Origin: an uncultured archaeon
GTDB lineage: Archaea > Thermoplasmatota > Thermoplasmata > Thermoplasmatales > Thermoplasmataceae
DNA length: 64,000 bases
NCBI GenBank assembly: GCA_000965745.1
Contig: CP009479.1
Span: forward strand, 992,001-1,056,000
Direction: 5' to 3'
The translations under genes and the position numbers were made by a program. The notes beneath the pieces were generated by a model. It was not told where the DNA came from. It saw only the letters and a list, made by a program, of their open reading frames with translations, and ran no database searches. This document shows positions 58,027 through 64,000 of the stretch, piece after piece. Positions within the stretch are counted from its first letter, which is position 1, and every line of letters starts with the position of its first letter.

Positions 58027-58363
58027 ATGGTTGGCGATGGGGGGACAATTCCCGAAGGGGTAGCGTGGCTGATGAAATCCGGAGAGGCGAGCAGGTCACT
58101 GGGCATTCCTCTTTGAGAATTGAGAACAAGGGAAGAATAATGCCGGCTCGATGCTGAAGCTCCACACAGGGACATGCTACGATCGCCTTTCTAATGAAAG
58201 CAGTGTGATGCCACACTACGAAGACGCAATTGAGCACGGGCCTGATGGAAGGAGTCTCCGTGATGCTCACTTGGGACATCGCTTCGTATTACGGGCCACT
58301 ACTGCGGATCCATGAAGGCCATTGATCGGGCAATGAAGGAATTTCCGGAACCGGTAGCCGCCC
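58027..58363 (+). pseudogene. Possible remnant of a MerR/IS607-type HTH gene
   Basis: LMKSGEASRSLGIPL*ELRTREE* resembles the MerR-type HTH, with internal stops. Confidence 0.3.
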
Positions 58364-58646
58364 AAATGTTCTGATCCATTACACATTTTTTACTCCTGAA
58401 AATGCGGCCTTGCCTTGCATGGCCTGTTCGAAGCTCCTAAAACGGGAACATTGCCGCAGGATGATCCGTTTTCCTGTCGTTAGATGAATATTTCAATGTC
58501 ATAAAGGGGCGTAAATTGTCAAAGCCTGCGTAAGAGTACGAATGTGGATAAGCTTCCAATTGACCTGCTGGCGGTGTGTACAGATACGTTAAATAGGATT
58601 ATCATATCGCTCAGCAACTCCGAAACAAGATTAAATCAGTGATAAT

Positions 58647-59420
58647 ATGGCATACATAGGAATTATTGGAGGAAGCGGGTTATACAGTATTCTTGATGAC
58701 CCGGTATCAAAAGATATGGACACGCCATTCGGAAAACCCTCCGGAAACGTTGAAATAGGAAAGATCGACGGCATAGAGGTTGCATTCATTCCAAGGCATG
58801 GGAAGAAACACACAATCCCTCCCCACAGGGTAAACTACAGGGCAAATCTCTGGGCACTCAAATCGCTGGGCGTGGAGAGGGTAATAGCTGTTAACGCTGT
58901 CGGGTCGCTGAAAGAAGAGCTTCCACCCGGAACTACTGTCATCCCCGACCAGTTCATAGACTTCACACGAAGAAGAGAACTTACGTTCTACGATGGCCCG
59001 GATGTTTATCACATTTCAGCGGCTGATCCCTTCTGTGAGGACTGCAACGGGATATTGAACTCAAAGGCCCGGGAAATAGGTGCAAACCCACATCTTGGTG
59101 GAACTTACGTTGTGGTTGAGGGTCCGAGATTCTCGACAAGGTCCGAGTCCAGAATGTTCAGGCAGTTTGGTGACATCATCGGAATGACACTTGTGCCTGA
59201 AGTGAATCTTGCAGATGAACTCTCGATGTGCTATTCAGTCCTTGCAACCGTCACCGACTACGACGTCTGGGCGGACAAGCCGGTGGATGCATCAGAAGTT
59301 ATGAAGACAATGAAGGAAAATGAAGAAAAAGTAGTCAAGATTATCAGGGAATCGCTGCAACAGATAAACTCAAAGAGAACATGCAGCTGTTCAACCAGGC
59401 TTGACAACGCAAAAGCATGA
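58647..59420 (+). CDS. mtnP: S-methyl-5'-thioadenosine phosphorylase
   Basis: IGGSG, PRHG..H.IPPH.VNYRAN, EGPRFST, GMT, TDYD. Confidence 0.93.
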   Translation: MAYIGIIGGSGLYSILDDPVSKDMDTPFGKPSGNVEIGKIDGIEVAFIPRHGKKHTIPPHRVNYRANLWALKSLGVERVIAVNAVGSLKEELPPGTTVIPDQFIDFTRRRELTFYDGPDVYHISAADPFCEDCNGILNSKAREIGANPHLGGTYVVVEGPRFSTRSESRMFRQFGDIIGMTLVPEVNLADELSMCYSVLATVTDYDVWADKPVDASEVMKTMKENEEKVVKIIRESLQQINSKRTCSCSTRLDNAKA

Positions 59421-59430
59421 GGAGAAACAA

Positions 59431-60654
59431 ATGAAAATCAAATTTTATGGCGGAGCAGAAGAAGTTGGAAGGCTTGGAATAGATATAGACATGGGTCCAA
59501 AATCCTTCCTCGTTGACTATGGCGTTATACCTGAGAAGCCACCCCTATACCCACTGCCGGCAGATCCTGTAAATGCAATATTCATCACGCACTCCCATCT
59601 TGACCATATCGGCTCACTGCCGATATATTACCACGACAAGCAGGCCGATTTCTATGCAACTACAATGACCGCAAACTGCATGAGGCCGATGCTCAACGAT
59701 TCGCTTAAGGTCATGAACCTTGAAGGATACCCCGAAAGATTCAGCAGGGAGGACGTTGACTCCCTTTTTACCAACTACGTCCCCGCCAAGTACGATGAGA
59801 GCTTTGATATTGGCAACATCACGATCACTCCTTACAATGCTGGCCACATAGCAGGGTCAACAATGTGGAAGTTCGAGGACAGGAAATCCATAATGGTCAC
59901 GGGAGATCTGTATACAGAGGACACCGCACTGCTCAGGGGGGCGAAGCCGGTCAAGACCGATACGCTCATAGTGGAAAGCACATATGCTGGCAAGCATCAC
60001 GAGGACAGGGCTGAAGTGAAGAAGAGGCTCAGAAGGCGCGTCCAGGAAGTCATTGAAGATGGAGGAAAGGTAATTCTCCCATCCTTTGCGGTGGGACGGA
60101 CTCAGGAGCTTATCATGACGCTCGCAGACCTTGATTATGATATTTCTGTAGACGGAATGGGCAATCTCATAACAGGGATCTACATGTCGGACCCACAGTT
60201 TCTCAGGTCAAGGAAGGAATTCAAGAAAGCAGTTGGCCGGGTAAGGATGGTCAGAGGTTTCAGGATGAGGGAGGATGCCATCAAGAGTGACATTATCATC
60301 ACCACATCCGGAATGCTGGATGGCGGGCCTGTCCTCAATTACCTGCAGAAGATTGCAGACGACCAAAAAAGCGCTATTTTTCTCACAGGATACCAGGTGG
60401 AGGGAACGAATGGAAGGAGCCTCGTAGAAACGGGCAGGATAAAGATTGCGGGCGCAACCGTAAAGCCACAGATGCAGGTTGAGTTCTTCGACCTGTCGGG
60501 CCATGCCGGGCATGACGACCTTGTCAAATTCATCAAGGGTTGTGAGCCTGAAAAGGTGATCCTCTGCCATGGAGACCACAGGGAAGCGCTCATCGACGAT
60601 CTGGAGGAATTTGACCTGGAACTCCCGTTCAACGGGAAAGAGTTCACGGTCTGA
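59431..60654 (+). CDS. MBL-fold beta-CASP ribonuclease (aCPSF2-like)
   Basis: THSHLDH, AGHIAGS, ESTY, FAVGRTQE, GML.GG, SGHAG, HGD. Confidence 0.9.
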   Translation: MKIKFYGGAEEVGRLGIDIDMGPKSFLVDYGVIPEKPPLYPLPADPVNAIFITHSHLDHIGSLPIYYHDKQADFYATTMTANCMRPMLNDSLKVMNLEGYPERFSREDVDSLFTNYVPAKYDESFDIGNITITPYNAGHIAGSTMWKFEDRKSIMVTGDLYTEDTALLRGAKPVKTDTLIVESTYAGKHHEDRAEVKKRLRRRVQEVIEDGGKVILPSFAVGRTQELIMTLADLDYDISVDGMGNLITGIYMSDPQFLRSRKEFKKAVGRVRMVRGFRMREDAIKSDIIITTSGMLDGGPVLNYLQKIADDQKSAIFLTGYQVEGTNGRSLVETGRIKIAGATVKPQMQVEFFDLSGHAGHDDLVKFIKGCEPEKVILCHGDHREALIDDLEEFDLELPFNGKEFTV

Positions 60655-60734
60655 TCCAAAACCCTCTTTTTCCTTAGAAAAGCAGAGCTAATCAACGCTC
60701 TTAAACCATTTATATACCTAATACCTACGGGACT

Positions 60735-61490
60735 ATGGACCAGTTTCTCACTCTGGAAAATATCCACATGGAGTACAAATACAGGAAAACCTCCATAGTG
60801 AGCATCGAAGACATCTCGTTCTCGATCAACAGGAATGAGTTCGTCTCAATTATTGGCCCATCCGGCTGCGGCAAATCGACAATAGTGAAAATGATCCTTG
60901 GCCTCATCTCTCCAACATCAGGAAAAGTTCTGATGGATGGGGATGACCTCAGAAAAGGGGAAGGGAGAGTATCTGTGGTTTTCCAGTCCGCCGCTCTTTT
61001 CCCGTGGCTCGATGTTCTCCAGAACGTTGAAATTGTGCTTGAACCCCTTATCCGGGACAAGGAAGAGAGAATCAGGGTAGCGATGAAGTATATCAAGATG
61101 GTGGGTATTGACGGTTTTGAAAACGCATATCCCCGTGAGCTCTCCGGTGGAATGAAGCAGAGGGTTGCCATTGCAAGGGCACTTTCAACATCCCCGGACC
61201 TTCTTGTCCTGGATGAGCCATTTGTCGGACTTGATGTATTTGCTGCACAGGCGATGAGGGAGGAGCTTCTTGATCTCTGGGATGACCAAAACCTTCCACC
61301 ACATACGGTTCTCATGGTTACCCACAACGTCGATGAAGCCGTTCAGATGAGCGATCGCATCATCATCCTGAGCAAGAGGCCCAGTCACATAATCCAGGCA
61401 AAGCAGATTACGCTTCCAAGACCAAGGAACACCAGAAGTGATGAATTCTACAGGACTGTCGACGACGTCCTTAAAATAATGTCCGGATAG
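60735..61490 (+). CDS. NitT/TauT-type ABC ATP-binding protein
   Basis: GPSGCGKST, FQSAALFPW, AYPRELSGGMKQRV, VTHNVDEA, LPRPR. Confidence 0.93.
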   Translation: MDQFLTLENIHMEYKYRKTSIVSIEDISFSINRNEFVSIIGPSGCGKSTIVKMILGLISPTSGKVLMDGDDLRKGEGRVSVVFQSAALFPWLDVLQNVEIVLEPLIRDKEERIRVAMKYIKMVGIDGFENAYPRELSGGMKQRVAIARALSTSPDLLVLDEPFVGLDVFAAQAMREELLDLWDDQNLPPHTVLMVTHNVDEAVQMSDRIIILSKRPSHIIQAKQITLPRPRNTRSDEFYRTVDDVLKIMSG

Positions 61491-61491
61491 G

Positions 61492-62103
61492 CTATTTTAT
61501 CAGTCCCAGTCCGGTCATAGCATCTATGAAATACTGTATTGCAAACGCCGCCACAAGGAGGCCGAAAATTCTGGTAAGTGCTTTCATAGGCCTCTCACCT
61601 ACAACGTCCATTATTTTCAGGGAGTAGGTGAAAAATATGTAGACTATCAGGAACACCACCAGAATGGACATCAGCGTGAATATCTCTTCCATCAGGCCGT
61701 TCTTCATAAGTATTATAACAAGGGATATGGCGCCAGGGCCCGCCAGAAGAGGCGTGGCAAATGGCACTATTCCGACATCGGTGGTTCCATTGCTGCTCCT
61801 TGTTGATTTGGGCTTGTCTCCCTCCCGAACCATTTCGATGCCCATGATCAGAAGAATTATTCCTCCTGCTATCTCCAAGGCCTGTATGGATATTCCGAAG
61901 AAGAAGATAATGACATTTCCAAGAACTGCAAAGAACACAAGAATAAGAGAGCCATAGACAACAGCATCTTTCGTCGCAAGCCGCCTTTCTTTTGGAGACA
62001 TGTCAGAGGTCGCCGCCATGAACAGGACCAGTGTTCCGAATGGATCTATAACCACAAACAGCGGTATGAAGATCTCAAGAAAACTCACAACTGCAAGGCT
62101 CAT
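61492..62103 (-). CDS. MarC family membrane protein
   Basis: IDPFG, IAGGIIL, VPFATPLLAGPGAI, RIFGLL. Confidence 0.92.
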   Translation of the reverse strand: MSLAVVSFLEIFIPLFVVIDPFGTLVLFMAATSDMSPKERRLATKDAVVYGSLILVFFAVLGNVIIFFFGISIQALEIAGGIILLIMGIEMVREGDKPKSTRSSNGTTDVGIVPFATPLLAGPGAISLVIILMKNGLMEEIFTLMSILVVFLIVYIFFTYSLKIMDVVGERPMKALTRIFGLLVAAFAIQYFIDAMTGLGLIK

Positions 62104-62188
62104 GTTTCTGCTGATTAAAATGATGTATTTAAACTGCTTTTAACATTTCGTTGGAAAGTATTTAACTGTACCAGCCATACACTCACGA

Positions 62189-63358
62189 ATGAAGATACTT
62201 GTACTCGGAGTCGATGGTTACATAGGGTGGACACTAGCGCTGAGGTTGCTTTCCCATGGCCACGAAGTTATTGGAGCTGACAATTACATTACAAGGAAAA
62301 GAGTTAATGAAGTAGGTTCTTCCTCTGCCCTCCCGCTCATGTCATTCGGGAGGCGAAACCAGGTCCTGAAGGAGAAGACCGGAAGCAACATCACCATGTA
62401 CAGGGGGGATGTCAGCAACTCAGAATTCATGGACAGGATCATAAAGGAAGAAAAGCCCGATGCCATTGTACATCTGGCTGAGCAAAGGTCAGCCCCCTAC
62501 TCTATGATCGGCCTCAAGCAGGCAAAAGAAACCATGGTCAAGAACATCGTAAGCACGCTTAACCTGGTGTACTCGATGAAGGAGCACATCCCCGGCTCCC
62601 ATCTTCTCAAGCTCGGGACAATGGGGGAATATGGAACCCCGAACATCGACATTCCTGAAGGATTTTTCGAGGTTGAGTACAAGGGCAGAAAGGACTACCT
62701 CCCCTTCCCAAAAAACGCGGGATCATGGTATCACTGGACAAAGGTGCATGATTCAAACAACCTGATGTTTGCAAACAAGGTCTGGGGCCTGAACGTTACC
62801 GATGTGATGCAGGGTGTGGTATACGGCACCAGGACCAGGGAGATTGAAGAAACATCGCTCTATACGAGGTTTGATATTGATGAAGTCTGGGGAACCGCGT
62901 TAAACAGGTTTTGCGCACAGGCGGTTGCCAATCTACCCATCACTCCATACGGAAAAGGCGGGCAGACCCGTGGATTCCTCTCCCTTGAAGACAGTGTCTC
63001 ATGCCTTTCGCTTGCACTTGAAAATCCACCTGAAAAAGGGGAATACAGGGTATTCAACCAGTTCGACGAGCATTACTCGGTGCTTGAGCTCGCGGAAATG
63101 GTAAAATCAGTGTATGAGGAAGAATTCGGCAAGCCAGCCGATATTAAGCACGTCCCCAATCCAAGGGTGGAGAAAGAAGAGCATTATTACAACCCTGAAC
63201 ATGAAAAGCTCAAGAAGCTCGGTTACAGGAGGGCGAGGGAACTGAGGGAGGAAGCGGTCATAATTCTTAACGACCTGGCAAAACACAGGAAGAAGATACT
63301 CAGGTACAAGGACGTTATCACGCCGAGGACATTCTGGTCCAAGAGCAAGAGCCTTTGA
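62189..63358 (+). CDS. agl3: UDP-sulfoquinovose synthase
   Basis: GVDGYIG, HLAEQRSAPYSM, KLGTMGEYGTP, WYHWTK, GTALNRF, NPRVE.EEHYY. Confidence 0.93.
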   Translation: MKILVLGVDGYIGWTLALRLLSHGHEVIGADNYITRKRVNEVGSSSALPLMSFGRRNQVLKEKTGSNITMYRGDVSNSEFMDRIIKEEKPDAIVHLAEQRSAPYSMIGLKQAKETMVKNIVSTLNLVYSMKEHIPGSHLLKLGTMGEYGTPNIDIPEGFFEVEYKGRKDYLPFPKNAGSWYHWTKVHDSNNLMFANKVWGLNVTDVMQGVVYGTRTREIEETSLYTRFDIDEVWGTALNRFCAQAVANLPITPYGKGGQTRGFLSLEDSVSCLSLALENPPEKGEYRVFNQFDEHYSVLELAEMVKSVYEEEFGKPADIKHVPNPRVEKEEHYYNPEHEKLKKLGYRRARELREEAVIILNDLAKHRKKILRYKDVITPRTFWSKSKSL

Positions 63359-63363
63359 TGCCC

Positions 63364-64000
63364 TTACTCGACAAGCCTGAGAGTTCTCCTTAGAATATCG
63401 GCATATTCTTTCGCTATTCCCACACTGACCCAGTTTGGCCGATCAATCTCAATGCCGATTGTGTAGGTTCCCGAAAGTATCATCCTGTTAATTGCGGGGG
63501 TGAGCTCAACATTAGACTCCCTGTCGTCAATGAAGTCAAGAATGCCCCTTGTGAACGCATAGAATGCGGTCAGGGCGAGTGAAGAAGGCGGGGTTGTTGA
63601 TTTTTCCACAACCTCGGTTACCCTGTATCTTCCTCCGTCCCGGTCAACCCTTGCGGTTCCATATCTCTGAGGATTTGGAACCCGGAAAAGGGTCAGCACG
63701 TTTCTGTCCCTGTTCTCCACGGCAGTCTTGACAACCATGTCAATATGCTCCTGGGGGAGTATCATGCCGTCTCCGGCATTAAGAATAAAGGGCTCACCGT
63801 TAACGTATGGCCTGGCCTTCAGGACAGCATCACCAAAGCCTTTCTTCTCTCTCTGGTATGCAAAATCCACTTCGTCGAACTCGTTTTCAATGTACTCTTT
63901 TGTGTATTTGTCTTCAGGGTCAACAACAACCACGAAGCCGTTTATCCCGGCATTCTCCAGCCTGTGCATAATGCAGTCTATCATCGGCCGCAGAACCAGC
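63364..64000 (-). CDS. Sugar-1-phosphate nucleotidyltransferase, N-terminus outside the window
   Basis: Q..KKGFGDAV, AGD, NPQRYG, VVEK, ELT.AI; frame open to the window edge. Confidence 0.85.
   Translation of the reverse strand, partial: LVLRPMIDCIMHRLENAGINGFVVVVDPEDKYTKEYIENEFDEVDFAYQREKKGFGDAVLKARPYVNGEPFILNAGDGMILPQEHIDMVVKTAVENRDRNVLTLFRVPNPQRYGTARVDRDGGRYRVTEVVEKSTTPPSSLALTAFYAFTRGILDFIDDRESNVELTPAINRMILSGTYTIGIEIDRPNWVSVGIAKEYADILRRTLRLVE

Noticed and set aside
58000-58400. RNase P RNA, SRP RNA, hammerhead ribozyme or C/D sRNA
   Set aside because: CTGATGA is present at 58069 but there is no GAAA core, RNase P P4 motifs, SRP helix-8 motif or properly spaced D box
1-64000. CRISPR array, cas genes, rRNA, intact IS elements
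   Set aside because: No regularly spaced repeats, rRNA signatures or transposase ORFs seen

Overview
Archaeal chromosomal segment, almost certainly Thermoplasmatales (DGGR, SRP54, TFS, PINA, a DUF6015-like gene, many leaderless genes behind TTTAAA/TTTATA boxes). From 1 to 11.7 kb it holds an amino-acid catabolic island: amidohydrolase, FMN 2-hydroxy-acid oxidase, FAH-family protein, an orphan molybdo-hydroxylase large subunit, two amino-acid permeases, a non-canonical ThrC paralogue, a KynB-like cyclase and a kynureninase-like PLP enzyme. Housekeeping loci follow: sufCBDSU-fdx with a divergent SufR-like regulator, tdh/kbl, carAB-nth, fdx-DGGR, srp54, tfs, ncsA, pepA, PINA, mtnP, beta-CASP nuclease and agl3. 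Three tRNAs (Ser-CGA, Ser-GGA, Ile-GAT) bracket an accessory block with a K-channel-like protein, proline racemase, MetE-like enzyme and P450. Main findings: a heavily decayed glycyl-tRNA synthetase gene at its apparent native locus; two distant paralogues of an unannotated membrane-anchored His/Asp-rich family; enzymes in the 5' island with altered active-site motifs; and a minimal channel with a non-GYG filter. No CRISPR array, rRNA, intact transposase or integrase was seen. All family calls come from motif recognition by eye, not from database searches.
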